NCBI RefSeq assembly: GCF_004010195.1
Contig: NC_057754.1
Location: 9,175,215 to 9,239,214 of the forward strand
Origin: Chiloscyllium plagiosum
Lineage: Eukaryota
Direction: 5' to 3'
Length of the DNA stretch: 64,000 nucleotides
Shown here: one piece after another, positions 24,079-37,439 of the stretch
Position numbering within the stretch: position 1 is the stretch's first letter
Layout: the number at the start of each line of letters is the position of its first letter
Position numbers and translations under genes: made by a program
Notes under the pieces: generated by a model
Databases searched by the model: none
What the model was told of the DNA's origin: nothing
Seen by the model: only the letters and a program-made list of their open reading frames with translations

Positions 24079-24434
24079 TATCAACACCTGCTTCCAGTTG
24101 GAATCCACATTTTGTGACATATCAATGATTCAGACTCAAAAGTTAAATTGATTTGAGTCCATTTGGTTAATAGTTCAATAACAAAAGGAAAAAAAAAAGC
24201 CAGGGAATCTCAGGTGTGTTTTTTTTTATCTTTCATGTTTAACATGACCCAGCTGGAGCTCAGATAAACAAGAAGTCACTGAGAAGAATTTTAACATCTT
24301 CAAATTTTAAATAATTCTTACATTCAGAGCATTTAAAGGTTGTTTAACCAACTGGAACAGCTGGTGGTCAGTGTAATGGGAGGATTGACTGAACCTCTTT
24401 CTACACTGGGAGAAGCTGAATGTCCCGTGCTTAG

Positions 24435-26008
24435 GGAGGAATGGTTAGTAAATTGCTGAAGTTGCTAATAGTGGACAGTGAAGAAGGTTATCTCAGAGTC
24501 CATCAGGAGTTTGATCTGATGGACCCATGGGCTGAGGAATGGCCAATAGAGTTTGATTTAGATAAATGTGAAGTGCTGCATTTTGGCAAGGCAAATCAGA
24601 GCAGGACGTATACCTTTAATGGTAAGGTCCTGGGGAGTGTTGCTGAGCAGAGACATTGGGGTGCATTTTCATAGTTTCTTGACAGTGGAGTTGCAGGGAG
24701 ACAGGATAGTGAAGAAGGCATTTGGTGTGCTTGCCTTTATAGGTCAGTGCATGAAAAACATGAGTTGGAGGGGGGTCATGTTGTGACTGTACAGGGCATT
24801 GGTTAAGCCACTATTGGAATACTGCATTCAATTCTGGTCTTCCTGCTATAGCAAAGATGTTATTAAACTTGAAAGGGTTCAGAAAAGATTTAAAAGGATG
24901 TTGCCAGGATGAGCTAAATGGAAAGGCTAAATAGTATGATGAAGGTTTGGAAGTGTACTGTACCTTTAGGAGAGTGAAGGACATGGCAAGCACATTGAGT
25001 GCTGGAGAATTTACAAAGTAACATTTGGTTCAGAACAAATAGCACTGGCTGAGTTGCTAGGAGACAAAAACAAATTTGAATTCAGCCAATCAATTTAAAT
25101 TATACCCCAAAAATCCCAAATCCCAATCGTTTGAATGTAGTATATTGACAATCTTAAAAGCAAATGACACAATCCAATGCTTTGGGGGTATAAGACTGGG
25201 GAAAATTGAACAGTTGGGAGGAAAACTGCCAAGATACCAACATGTAAAGACTGCTTGAAAAATAGCTCTCTTAAAAGGTACCTCTATCGATGAGTAACCA
25301 GTGAAGCAGAATCCCAAAGAAGAAGAAAAGACGACAAGAATACAGAGAAGAACTGAAAGCTCCCTGGCTTTGTGATAAGAAGTTTTGTTTTATAAACCTT
25401 AATCAGGAGTTTTATTGGACTAGTATTATAGAGGGGAATGTAAAAGATAAGTTAGAGGAAGGAGGTGTAAATATTTGAGTTAATTATTCTGTTATACTTT
25501 AAAAAATAAAGTTGTTAATTTTCACAGATTATTGCATGAGATAAATCCTTTCAGTGTTGCTGGCTTTAAATTAGCAGAGGGGTTTACCCTGTATCGTAAC
25601 AATAGACTGGGGCTATTTTCCCAGAATGTCAAAGGCTGAGGAGTAATTTTATAAAGGTTTATAAAATCATGACAGGCATGGATAGGGTGACTAGTCAAAA
25701 TCTTTTCTCCCCAGGGTTATAGGAGTCCAAAACTAGAGGGCATAGTTTTAAGGTGAGACAGGAAAGATTTAAAAGACACCTAAGGTGCAACATTTTCATG
25801 CAGACGGTAGTGCTGTATGGAATGAGCTGCCAGAGGAAGTGAAGGAGGCTGGTATGATTACAATATTTAAAAGGATTTAGATGGATATATTAATAGAAAG
25901 GGTTTAGAGGGATATAGGCCAACTGGGACTAGATTAATTTAGTATATGTGGCCATTGTGGACAAGTTGGACTGAAGGGTCTGCTTCCATGCTGTACAACT
26001 CCATGACC
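24435..26008 (+). mobile_element. CR1/HER1 LINE 3' fragment interrupted by a solo LTR
   Basis: WAEEWPIEFDLDKCEVLHFGK and LEYCIQFWSS motifs; the sequence resumes after 25601. Confidence 0.85.
24935..25601. mobile_element. Solo LTR (family X)
   Basis: 4-bp TSD atag (24931/25602) and ends ...gtaaca. Reverse-complement homolog at 50692-51406. Confidence 0.85.
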
Positions 26009-26009
26009 T

Positions 26010-26480
26010 AATAACTTGCTGGTGCTCAGAGAGATGCACTAACTCACTGAAACACTCCCTGCAGCGGGAGTAACTGTCCAGTCTCTCCGGTGTGTGAAGG
26101 CCTATGGTGCTGTTCAAGGCAAGGGTGAGAGGTCGTGGGAATGGCACCTGCCTGAACCTCTGCCTGCAATCAGAGAAACTGGACGATCTCTCATCACTAT
26201 GATCTTGCTGGAGTTGGAGCAGTTCCTCAGACATTTCAATGGTATCCCCAATGGCAGAGCAATGAAAAGGTCTCGCACCAAATTTGAACAAGTTTGGATG
26301 AAGAGGTGAAGTCTCTCACCATTGCAAGCTCACTGGTCTGTCAGCATGCTTCCCAGCTGGGTCAACAGTAGTAGTAGTAATTGGACTCTCACCAGTTTCA
26401 AACCAAGATGGTCAAATAAATCCTTTCAGATTTGCAAATGCTTCAGATCCCAATGGATCGAGACTGACTGATTTCAGCAT
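26010..26480 (-). pseudogene. Heavily decayed C2H2 ZNF remnant
   Basis: ARPFHCSA...HSDERSSSFSDCRQRF...HTPERLDSYSRCRECFSELVHLSEHQQV. Confidence 0.7.
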
Positions 26481-27094
26481 GTGGTCTTGCTTGGTAAATT
26501 CCAACCCTGAATGCTGAAAGATTCTCTATAATTGTATGGTGCAGTCATCGTTCTGTAAAATCAGATCACTAGGTGAGTGAGTCTATATAAATGTTACTCA
26601 GGTAGACAGGCTTGTTAGAACAAACCTGGGAAAAAGCAGCTCTGAACTAATCACTGGACTTTTTGTTTCCTACCATTAGAAATAATTTTGTGCATTCAAA
26701 ATTACAAAAATTAATAAAAGGTGACTTGTTGCAGTGAACTGTATTATCGCGTATAGTGAGAGTGAGGGAGTGAGATTGAGGTGAACCACAGCCTGAGTCA
26801 CAAATTTAAGGACAGGAGGACTGAGAAGAATAAGTTGGGGGATGTGGGAACACACAGATTCTGGAGCAAGGAGCAAAGAGAGAAAGAAGAAGGATTGTTT
26901 GAGACAAGGATTTGTAGATTCACAGAAGAAAGGGGAAAACAATGCTCCATAGAACAGATTATTCAAGTTCCTATCTTATACTGACAATGGTAGATGCTGT
27001 TTGCATGGTAATTAGAGGGAGGCAATTTGCTGATGAGAAACCGAAAAATCTCAATGAGATCTTGGGTTCTGATTACAGGATCCCTACAGTGTGG

Positions 27095-27790
27095 AAACAT
27101 AAGAACATTACATTGCAGTACAGGCCCTTTGTCCCTCAATGGTTTCACAGGTCGGTGCAACAATCTAAAGCTTATCGATCCTACGTTATTCCATTTTCAT
27201 CCATATATTTATCCAATGACCATTTAAATGCCCTTAAGGTTGGCGAATCGACTACTGTTGCAGGCAGAGTATCCCACACCCTTACCTCTCTGAGTAAAGA
27301 AACTGCCTCTGACATCTGTCCTATATTTAATCACCCCTCCTTTAAAACTATGTCCCCATATCACTGTCCACCCTATCTAACCCTCTGATTATCTTATCTC
27401 AATTGTCACCTCTCAACCTTCTTCTCTTTAATGAAAACCTTAAGTCCCTCAGCCTCTCTTCATAAGACCTTCCCTCCATACCAAGCAGCATCCTAGTAAG
27501 TCACCTCTGAACCCTTTCCAAAGCTTCCACGTCCTTCCTATAATGCGATGACCAGAACTGTATGCAATACTCCAAGTGCAGCTGCAACATGACCTTGTGG
27601 CTCCAAAACTCAATCCCTCAACTAACAAAAAGCTAACATACGGTATGCCTTCTTAACAATCCTATCAACCTGGGTGGTATCTTTCAGGGATCTATGTACA
27701 AGGACACAGAGATCTCGCTGCTCATCGCCACTACCAAGAATCTTACCATTATGTCAGTACCCTTTATTCCAGTTGCTCCTTCCAAATGGA
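27095..27790 (-). mobile_element. CR1 LINE 3' fragment
   Basis: Reverse LEYCIQFWS (ccagaactgtatgcaatactccaag) and CR1 3' tail. Confidence 0.8.
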
Positions 27791-27804
27791 ATCACCTTAG
27801 ACTT

Positions 27805-28055
27805 TTCCACATCTGGCCCATAAAATGTGCACTAATCCTCAAGATAGCATCCCACCCAGAAAAATCCCCCACCCTATTCCCATAACCCCTAATCTGCATA
27901 TCTTGGACTGTGGGAGGAAACTGGAGCACTGGGAAGAAACCCACACAGACATTGGGAAAACATGCAAACTCCACACAGTTGCCGGAGGGTGGAATTGAAA
28001 CTAGGACCCTGACACTGTAGGGTAGCAGCGCTAATTGCTGAACCACCATGTCATC
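27805..28055 (-). mobile_element. HE1-type SINE
   Basis: Reverse V-domain tcttggactgtgggaggaaactggagcac...caaactccacacag. Confidence 0.8.
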
Positions 28056-28289
28056 CATTGTGGTGAGAGAAATCTTTGGTCTGTCTGCAGGGATAGTTTT
28101 ACATCATCAGTGTGAATGGTAAACCACATAATCTTGCATACCCAAGAGCAGGTGGATAACAATGCAGAGGCTTTGGAGGGAGATAGTGTGATCAACTTTG
28201 ACAAAGTCTGTCGACAGGATGAGATGGACTTGTCGCTTAAATCACATTGGACGTAATTTGCATCTTTATTAAAACTGCTTCAGTACTGT

Positions 28290-28775
28290 ATCAGTAGTGC
28301 TGGAAGAGAACAGCAGTTCAGGCAGCATCCAACGAGCAGTGAAATCGACGTTTCGGGCAAAAGCCCTTCATCAGGAATAAAGGCAGAGAGCCTGAAGCGT
28401 GGAGAGATAAGCTAGGGGAGGGTGGGGTGGGGAGAGAGTAGCATAGAGTACAATGGGAGAGTGGAGGAGGAGATGAAGGTGATAGGTCAGGGAGGAGAGG
28501 GTGGAGTGGATAGGTGGAAAAGGAGCTGGGCAGGTCGGACAAGTCCGGACAAGTCAGGGGATCGAGTTGCTGGAGGTTAGAAACTAGGATGAGGTGGGGG
28601 AAGGGGAAATGAGGAAACTGTTGAAATCCACATTGATGCCCTGGGGTTGAAGTGTTCCGAGGCGGAAGATGAGGCGCTCTTCCTCCAGGCGTCTGGTGGT
28701 GAGGGAACGGCGGTGGAGGAGGCCCAGCACCTCCATACCCTCAGCAGAGTGGGAGGGGGAGTTGAAATCTTCACC
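28290..28775 (-). mobile_element. Penelope-like element 3' part: GIY-YIG C-terminus plus pLTR with intact hammerhead
   Basis: RRLEEERLIFRLGTLQPQGINVDF; minus strand CTGATGA-AGGGC-TTTT-GCCC-GAAACGTC at 28345-28375. Confidence 0.9.
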
Positions 28776-28809
28776 ATTGAATCGGATCATTGTTGATATA
28801 ATTTTAACT

Positions 28810-29220
28810 TTGAATCCACATTCCCACCTCTCCCGATGACATTTCAATTCCTTGTTTTAATAAGAAACTATCAACTTCAGGGACTCTGTTTCCTCCAGCT
28901 TTTCAGGAAGACTTCCAAAGACTCATAAGCCTCTGAGAGAAAAAGACCCACGTAATCTCTGAATAAATACTTAACCCCCGATTTTCAAATAGTAACTGCA
29001 AGTTGTAGATTCTCCTAGAAGTAGAAACATCTTCTCCACATCTACTTCCATCAAGATGCTTCAGATGTTTCAATCAAGTCAGCTCTTACCCTTATATATT
29101 CCAGTAGATACAGACCCAGCCTGTCCAACCCTTCCTCACAAGGCAACGTGCCCATTCCAGGCATTAATCTACTAGCTTTCCCTGAACTGCCTTCAACATA
29201 TTTACATCATTCCTTAAGTA
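28810..29220 (-). mobile_element. CR1 LINE 3' fragment
   Basis: Reverse-strand CR1 C-terminal and 3' sequence, decayed. Confidence 0.65.
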
Positions 29221-29239
29221 GAGTCGGTGGGTTTGTATT

Positions 29240-29720
29240 TTTACCTTGCTTCAGTACTGTGACAGGGCAGAGACATGATTGGGGCGGGGGGGGGGGGGGG
29301 GGGCGGAATCAATCATGGAGTGCCAGGGGAAAAGGCATAGGTTAAAGGAGTTGATAAAATGATCAAAGACTTTTGGGAGGAAAGGGAGGTTGCAGATAGA
29401 GGTTGTAGGGACCCAAGGCTAATATATTGAAGTAGTGATATTGATTTCAGATGTTTTGGTGGGTGGATGGGGGGCATGTTACCAGAAGTTCAAGACTATC
29501 AATGAACATGGGTAAGCTGGGTGACCAGTTTATTGGGAATAGGTTGTCACATGGATAAAATGAGCCGCATGAGAGAAATATAAACTATAAAAAGGCGTAG
29601 GTTCGGGACTAGTGGGAAATGTTCAAAGTTGTTGTGAGAAGCAGCAGAAACAGCTGATCATATTTTCTCAAACTTAGGTGACAAAGATGTTCCTTGAGGT
29701 CAGGAAGGAAATAAGACCGG
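29240..29720 (-). mobile_element. L2-type LINE RT remnant
   Basis: Minus strand ICNLPFLPK resembles ISNLPFLSK. Confidence 0.5.
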
Positions 29721-29921
29721 GAGAAGACCCATTCAAAAAAGTAACTTGTGTAAGCTATTAAAAAGATCTGACAACATATGTTTGTAGAAAAAAAAAAGAA
29801 GTTTTATTTGACTTTGATCCAGAACATTAATGCTTTGAATTGTGCTCAAGTTGATTAACCTCAGCAGAAATGTAAACCAAAGACATGGTTCAGGCCTGTT
29901 TGCGACAAACAAGAAATATCC

Positions 29922-31016
29922 TTATTTGTGAACTCGCTGGTGACTCAGCAAATGGGATGACCGAGTGAATCCTTTCCCACACTGAGAGCAGATGAATGGC
30001 CTCTCTACGGAGTGAACTCGCTGGTGTCTTAGCAGGCTGGACGAAAGAGTGAATGCCTTCCCACACTCCAAGCAAGTGAATGGCCTCTCCCCAGTGTGAA
30101 CACGCTGGTGTATCCGCAGATCAGATGAATTAGTGAATCCCTTTCCACACCCAGAGCAGGAAAATGGTCTTTCCCCATTGTGAAGTCGCCGGTGTCTCAG
30201 CAGGTGGGAGGACGAAGTGAATCCCTTCCCACACTCGGGGCAGGGGAACGGCCTCTCCCCAGTATGAACTCGCAGGTGCCTCAGCAGGGTGGCTGAATCA
30301 GAGAATCCTTTGCCACAATCAGGGCAGATGAATGGCCGCTCCCCGGTGTGAACTCGCTGGTGTTTCAAAAGGTGGGACGAATCGGTGAATCCCTTCCCAC
30401 ACTCAGGGCAGGTGAACGGCTTCTCTCCAGTGTGAATGCGTTGGTGTCTAAGCAGGGTTGCCGACTGAGTGAATCCCTTCCCACACTCTGGGCAGGTGAA
30501 CGGTCGCTCCCCAGTGTGAACTCGCTGGTGGATCATTAGGTCCGATGAATTAGTGAATCCCTTCTCACACTCAGAGCAGGTAAATGGCCTTTCCGCAGCA
30601 TGACCTCGCTGGTGTATGAGCAGGTGGGATGAGGTAGTGAATCTTTTCCCACAGATGGAACAGGTGAACGGCCTCTCCCCTGTGTGAATTCGCTGGTGAA
30701 CTGTGAGTTCAGATGATCGCCTGAACCCAGTCCCACAGTGAGAGCACCTGAATGGCCTCTCCTCAGAGTGAACAAGGTGATGGGACATGCGTTCCCGGGC
30801 ACTTTTGTAGCACTTGCCGCAGTTTGGACATTTAAAAGGTCTCTCATTAGTGTGAACACGCTGGTGTGTCAGCAAATGGGAGGACTGAGTAAATCCCTTC
30901 CCACACTTGGAGCAGTTAAACAGTCTCTCTCCAGTGTGACTACGTCGGTGGGTTTCTAGCTCAGAAGGAGATCGAAATCCCTTCCCACAGTCCTGACATT
31001 TCCATGGCTTCTCCAT
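29922..31016 (-). CDS. Tandem C2H2 zinc-finger protein, 13 fingers
   Basis: 364 aa = 13 x 28; begins MEKPWKC. Putative acceptor ttaacag at about 31353. Confidence 0.92.
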   Translation of the reverse strand: MEKPWKCQDCGKGFRSPSELETHRRSHTGERLFNCSKCGKGFTQSSHLLTHQRVHTNERPFKCPNCGKCYKSARERMSHHLVHSEERPFRCSHCGTGFRRSSELTVHQRIHTGERPFTCSICGKRFTTSSHLLIHQRGHAAERPFTCSECEKGFTNSSDLMIHQRVHTGERPFTCPECGKGFTQSATLLRHQRIHTGEKPFTCPECGKGFTDSSHLLKHQRVHTGERPFICPDCGKGFSDSATLLRHLRVHTGERPFPCPECGKGFTSSSHLLRHRRLHNGERPFSCSGCGKGFTNSSDLRIHQRVHTGERPFTCLECGKAFTLSSSLLRHQRVHSVERPFICSQCGKGFTRSSHLLSHQRVHK

Positions 31017-31629
31017 AGTGTCACTGTGTCATTGCAGATTGGACAATTAGTTGAAGCCTTGTCCACACGACACACGTGCAGTCTCTCACTGCTGTGAAAC
31101 ATAAGGCATTTTTAACTAGTTAAAACTCTTTCCACAGTCAGTGCACTGGAATATTCTCACTTAGGTGAGAGAGTATTTCAATGCTTTTGTGGTCACATTG
31201 ATGTTTAAAACTTTCTCCCATAAATATAATGGAGAAACACTTTATCCTGCCACACTTCAAGGGTGACGAAATCTGTTTCCTGAATCACTGAGTGACTTAA
31301 CCATGATGTTTGATCTGAATTTTGTATCTTCAAGTCTTTGCCTTCTCACACCCTGTTAACAGTTTACAAAGAGCATCACTAAGTACAGGATAGAAAGTGA
31401 GAACAGATTATTCCTGTTTTGCTGCAACATTTTTCTTCCTCTTGCATTTCTCCAAAACTCTCAAGTTGGTCTCCCACATTCTACCTCAGAGTGCAAAAAT
31501 TCAAAAGTGCTACCATTTCTTTGCTCCACTGTCAGTTCTCTTCCTCCTTTCAGTCTGGTTGGTTTCTCAAGGTCCTGCAGACAGAGGGAGGTTGTCATTT
31601 GGCACACAGAACACAGGCATAAGCTCTTG

Positions 31630-31750
31630 CTTCTATGGAAGGGTTACTAGACCAGAAATGTTAACTCTGATTTCTCTCTCAGATGGTGCCAGACCTGCTG
31701 AGCTTTTCCAGCAATTTCTGTTTTTGTTTCAATTTCCAGCATCTGCAGGG
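31630..31750 (+). mobile_element. Penelope family C pLTR, decayed hammerhead
   Basis: gaagggttactagaccagaaatgttaactctg...ccagacctgctgagcttttccagcaatttctg. Confidence 0.7.
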
Positions 31751-31774
31751 TTTTTAAAAAAATAAATATATAGG

Positions 31775-32825
31775 TATAAGCCATTCAGCCCAACAAATTT
31801 GCCCCACTATTCAATCAGATCATGGCTGGTCAGCTACCTCAATGCTATCCCCATCTTCCTCCACATTCTTAGTATCTTTCAAGTATTGTCTTGTACATAC
31901 TCAGTGATTGATCTGCCACAGTCTGCGGGAATAGAGAATTCCAAAAGGTTCAGTAACCTCTGAAGAAATTCCTCCTCATCTAGGTCTTAAATAGCGTACC
32001 CCTTATTCACAGACTGTTTCCCCTGCTTATAGGCACATCAGCCAGGGGCAACATTCTACCTACATCCACCCTGTAAGAGTTGTGTAAAATAGAGTGAGAC
32101 ACAATCGCATTCTTTAAAACGCTAAAGCATATAGGCCTAGTTTCCTCAATCTCTCCTCTAAAGCAATCCTGCCATCCAAGGTATCTGTTGCAATCACTAT
32201 GCGAAGTACATCTTTTCTTAGATTATGAACGCACCGATGTGGGTTCACCAAGGTTCTTTATAATTGTACATTATATACCCTCACAAAGAAAGCCAACATG
32301 CTATTTGCCTTCCAGAGTTGTTTGCGGCACTTACACCTAGCTTTTCACAACTCAAAAAAGGTCACAGTCACACAGCCTGGAAACAGGCCCTTCGGTTCAA
32401 CTCATCCATGCCGGCCAAGTTTTCCAAACTAAACACAGAACGTAAGAACCAGGAATAGGAGTAGGTCATCTGGCCCTCCAAGCCTGCTCCGTCATTCAAC
32501 AAGACCATGGCTGATCTTTCATGGACTCAGCTCCATTTACCCACGCTCTCACCATATCCCTTAAACTAGTCCCACTTGTCGGCATTTGGCCCATATCCTT
32601 CTAATGCTTTCCTATACATCAAGTCCCTTTGGAGATCAATACCTCCCACTAATTAACAAACACACTGCCTTTTTTTTCCCTGCCAAAGTGGATCACGTCA
32701 CACTTACTGACATTATATTCTAGATACCATATTCCTCACCATTCACGTAGCTCACCCAAGTCTCCTTGAAGCTTGTTGTGTCCTCATAATTTGCATTCCT
32801 ACTCAATTTGTCATCAAACTCGTGA
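31775..32825 (-). mobile_element. Nested CR1 LINE fragments
   Basis: Several reverse-strand CR1 3' tails and RT C-terminal sequence. Confidence 0.7.
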
Positions 32826-33369
32826 AGTATAGTTAGTTAATCACAGAGCTAGCTAAAATGAGTTCCTGAAGAATAGCAAGCAAAGCTGACTCATCTAAGT
32901 CACAAGCAGTAATATACATAGTGCCTGTGGAGTGCAGCTCGCACTGAGTACAGCAGGCACAGAGTGATCTGGAAGTCTGGCAGCTATTGGAGTGCAGGGA
33001 AAGCAAATGTATCTTTGGTTTTCCTGTCTTAACTCTTTTAGAGCCCAGTACTTCAGGAGTTGGAAGCCAGTACATGCTCAGTTTAGAAAGTCCAGATTGA
33101 AAAACAAGAAACAACATAGGATTCTGGAAATGTACAAGGGTCTCACAGTTTAAAAGGATTATGTGAGTAACCTGATTAGGACACTAGTTAGGGGATGGGC
33201 TATGAATTTTAAAAAGTATTAAAGCTTAGTGTATGTAGCTGAAACAGTTACTTGTTTAATTAAGGGCCAGATAACTTTCAGATATGTGCATTAATTAAAC
33301 TGTGATAAGGAACAGGAATTAATTTTACATAATGAATTACTTTTAACTATTTAGCACACAGACAACAGT

Positions 33370-34590
33370 GAGACAAGAATTGTCAGCAGCTGCTGAATTT
33401 GGACATTTCTGGATCCAAAGAATGTGTTGGGAATGGTCTCCTTATCTGAGGAAGGATGTTCTTGTTGCAAAGGAAATGCAGTTAATGTTTACCAAATTGA
33501 TTCTTGTGATGGCAGGACTGATGAATAAGGACAGACTAAGTCAGTTATTGTTGTATTTTAGAAGAATGGGAGTGGAAGAATCTTTAGGACCAAGGTAAGG
33601 AGAACTTGCTTCACCCAGAGAGGGATGAACCTATGGAATTCACTATTACAGAAAGTCATTGAGGCCAAAGCATTTGAGTTTTCAAGGAGGTGGTAAATAC
33701 AGCCATTGCAGCTGGAAGGATCAGTTTGTAGTAAGGGACAGGAGAGTCTGACTGCCATTGAGGCAAGTACCGGTCAGGAAATACTGGAGTGCAGCAGCAT
33801 TAGACCTTACAACGATGAAACAAGTTCAAGGTACTCACCTGTGTTAATGAAAGCAAGGTTTGTAAAGAGGAAAGATGGACAGATTAGGACATTTTGGTCA
33901 GGATACCTTATGTGAAAAGGGGAGTATTAAGGAATGTAGTAGCAATAAGGGATAGTAAGTGAGGGGGGGATACACACAGTTTGGTGCAGCCAAGAGCGAA
34001 ATTCCAGAAGGCGATGTTAACTCTCCAGTGCCAGGTTTTGGAACATTTACTCAGCACTGGACAGGAGGTTGTAGTGATAGGATCCAGCTGTCATTACCCA
34101 TGTAGATACCAAACATACAAGGAGGGTTATTAAGAAGACTCGGTGTAGACATCTGGAGAGTAAGGCACCAAATTTAAGAGCAGCACCTGAATCTCTGCAT
34201 TATTACTTCAGCCCGTTGAAAATTGACAGCATTAGGCTGGTGAAATAAATACAAATAGAGACTAGTATGGGAGGAGTGGGTTCCAGTTTGTAGGGCAGTA
34301 GGGGCAATGGCATCAATGGGACAGTTTGCACTTGAACCAATGGGACAGTCTGCATCTGAGTCCTGATAGGTCTAGTATTCCATGGAACCATATAACTAGG
34401 TGAAATAGGGAGACCTTTAAAAGAAAACAATGGAGGTGAGGGATCCAGCTTGGGTAGATGTGGCAAATCAAGGGATAGATGTGACAAATCATGGGGTAGA
34501 ACAAAACAGTGAAATATTAATAAGAAAAACAAAGGTCAGAGAATGGCAGCAAGGAACAGGGAGGATAAACATTTGAGTGTACCTACAGTT
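33370..34590 (+). mobile_element. CR1 5'/ORF1 remnants with a nested CR1 3' fragment
   Basis: WSPYLRKDV motif at 33430. Decayed SGNH-like ORF1 sequence from 33930, homologous to 39250-39600. Confidence 0.55.
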
Positions 34591-35219
34591 AACAACTTTG
34601 TTGACACCCCCAACCCTGCACTAGCAAATCTACATATTTGTAGAGAATCTGCTAAAATGCAACTTTTCCATCTTGTACATGTTCTATTTGCCACAGAGTC
34701 ATTCAAGTACCTCACATCTAATGCACTCTCTTTGACCCCAATTCTCCAGCCATGCGTTCACTCAATTTTCCTTTTCCTACTCTCACTAGCATGTGGCGTT
34801 GGGAATATTCCTGCTACTATTTGCTTTTAAAGTCCTGCTTTTTACCCAATGAAAATGGAGCACCCTTTAGCGAGTTGGATGATCTCAAGCTGCATTGGTG
34901 CTGGTAGACTGTGGCTTTCCTTGACTTGTTACCCGTGTCGCTCTAATGTCCACGATAGCCCCACTCCAGGAGGCTGAGTTGTCCTATCATACCTTAACCT
35001 TACGTTACGTATTTTAACTTTACTTCACCTTGCATGGTTCTTGAGTTTATGTAAGTAATTATAAAAATAGATTTCTGATTTTTAGGCTACTTATCTCAGT
35101 GAATCAATCAATTCTCTCCTGAACCAGGGTGCCGGTCATTAACGTGGGCCTTTCAGATTTCCTGCATCCACAGTATTTTACTTTTACCTGTCCCTATTCC
35201 GAGGTAGAAAGCACCTGAG

Positions 35220-35830
35220 CTGCAGATTCACCTTCAAAGCGCGCGACCTCCACCAGGTGCCTATACAACATCCGTAGCCCTCCCGGGGAAACTAGCTCAC
35301 AATGCCCACGGGAGTGATTGACAGCAACCGAGGACCAATAGAAAGAAGGTGCATACCCGGAGTGACCAAAACCATTCGGTCCTCCAGCCAGTCAAAGCGG
35401 AGAGCCCGTCGGAGGGCGGGGCTTGTTGGTGGAGCCGTCCCCGTCGTTGCGCATGCGCCTCGCCAACGGCACTACCCTGTAAAAATGGCCGCCGAGCACT
35501 CGGCGTTATTTGTGGAGACAGTTCGAGTAGGTGCTGTCGCTTCAGTCCTCGCACCGGTAACGTTTACTCAGACTTTGAATATTGTTGCCGAATTATAAGT
35601 CCACTGGCGGTCTCCGTCACTCCCATCCGAGTGCAGTCACCGAGTGCACGATTTGCCAGGCCACCTCCTCAGCGGACGTTATGTGCAGCGCCCGGCTGAT
35701 GGACGGTTCTTGCGGTTTTTAATTGACAGCGGCTACGGGCCAATCGAAAGAGGGACTGGGCTGGAGGACCAGGTGGGCGCGTCTGGTCCTCCAACCAATC
35801 AGGGTGAACGAGGGGCGGGACTAGTCCGTG
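35220..35830. promoter_or_regulatory. CpG-island promoter with two CCAAT/GC cassettes, for ZNF 29922-31016 and possibly bidirectional
   Basis: ttgacagc..CCAAT..ggtcctcca.cca.tca..gggcgg occurs twice (35316-35421, 35721-35820). NRF1-like site 35448, YY1-like aaaatggccgcc 35482. Confidence 0.75.
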
Positions 35831-35831
35831 T

Positions 35832-35925
35832 CAGAAACAAACTGCTGGAAAAATTCATCTGGTCTGGCTGCATCTGTGGAGATAAAGCAGAGTTCACGTT
35901 TCGGGTCCAGAAAGGGATCCTTCGC
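35832..35925 (-). mobile_element. Penelope family C pLTR
   Basis: Reverse homolog of 31630-31750, including gtttcgggtcc. Confidence 0.7.
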
Positions 35926-35968
35926 TTTCTAGCAATTTCCAATAGCCTTGAATGTTATGACATTTCAA

Positions 35969-36118
35969 AGTTAAAAATCACAACACCAGGTTATTGTCCA
36001 CAGGTTTATTTGGAAGTACAAGCTTTCGGAACTTTCAGGTAAACCTGTTGGACTAAAACCTGATGTTGTGTGAGTTTTGTCTTTGTCCACCCCAGTCCAA
36101 CACCGGCACCTCCACATC
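35969..36118 (+). mobile_element. Penelope family B mini hairpin insertion
   Basis: Inverted arms, 3' tail ccaacaccggcacctccacatc, perfect 12-bp TSD atgacatttcaa (35957/36119). Confidence 0.85.
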
Positions 36119-36134
36119 ATGACATTTCAAGGGA

Positions 36135-37400
36135 GTCAGAGTCATAGAGATGTACAGCACGGAAACAGACCCTTTGTTCCAACTTGTCCATGCCGATCAG
36201 ATATCCTAAATCAATTTAGTCTCATTTGCCGGCACTTGGCCCATATCCCTATCAACCTTTCCTCTTCATGCACCCATCCAGATGCCTTTTTCAAGCAGAG
36301 GGTGGTGCATGTATGGAATGAGCTGCTGGAGGAAGTTGTGGAGGCTGGTACAATTATAACATTTAAAATGCGTCTGGATTAGTACATGAATAGGAATGGT
36401 TTAGAGGCATATGAGCCAAGAGTTGGCAAATTGAACCAGATTAATTTAGGATACCTGTTCAGCATGGATGAGTTGGACTAAAGGGTCTGTTTCTGTACTG
36501 TACATCTCTTTGACTACATTCTCCCAGGTTGTGAAGTTTCTTATCTTTCCTGTCCTCCCAAGCATTACACTTCAGATTTCAATCACTCTCTTGGTTAACC
36601 TTTTTCCTCAAATTCTCCCTGAACCTCCTGCCCTTCACCTTAAAATTATTCCCCCTTGATCTTAATTAAGGAGAACAGCTGCTTCTTATCTGACTTGTCC
36701 ATGCCCCCTCACAATCTTACTCATCTCAGTCAGGACCTCCACTGCCTTCTCTACTCTAAAGCCTATCCAGTCCGTCTCCGTAGCAAAAATGCTTCATCCA
36801 AGTCCACGTCCTAGTGAAGCTCCTCTGCAACTCCTGCAATCACCTTCTTCCTATACTATGTTCCTATACCAGAACAGCACACAGTATTTCAACTGGGGCC
36901 TGATCAAAGTTTTCTACATCATACCCTCCCTGGTCTTATAATCTATACAATGACTGATAAAGGCATATGTTCCATATGCTGCCCTAACTACCTACAAACC
37001 TGTCCTGCTGCCTTCAAGGATCTGTGGATAAGCACCCTAAGATCTCTGTTCTTCTGAGCTTCCTAGTGACCTGATATTCATTGAATACACCCTTATCTTG
37101 TCATTTCTTCCAAAGTGCATAACTTCACACTTGTCAGGGTTAAATTCCATCCGCTACTGATCTGTGCATCTGAATAATCTGTCTATATTTTCCTGTAATA
37201 TAAGACCTTTTTTCCTCACTATCAACCACTCAGCCAATCTTTGTGTCATCTGTAAACTAACTTATTCTCCCCCAGTTACCTTCTCATCTATATTGTTTAT
37301 ATATTTCACAAAAAATAAGGGACCCAGCACTGATCCGTCTTGTACCCCACTGGATACCAGTGTCTGGTCATAAATGCAGCCTTCTACCACAACCCTCTGT
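36135..37400. mobile_element. CR1/HER1 LINE fragments in both orientations
   Basis: FKQRVVHVWNELLEE on plus; SGVQDGSVLGPLFFVKYINNID on minus. Confidence 0.8.
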
Positions 37401-37439
37401 TTGGTTTTATTAATTTGGTTTTTTATTAGTATTATTATT

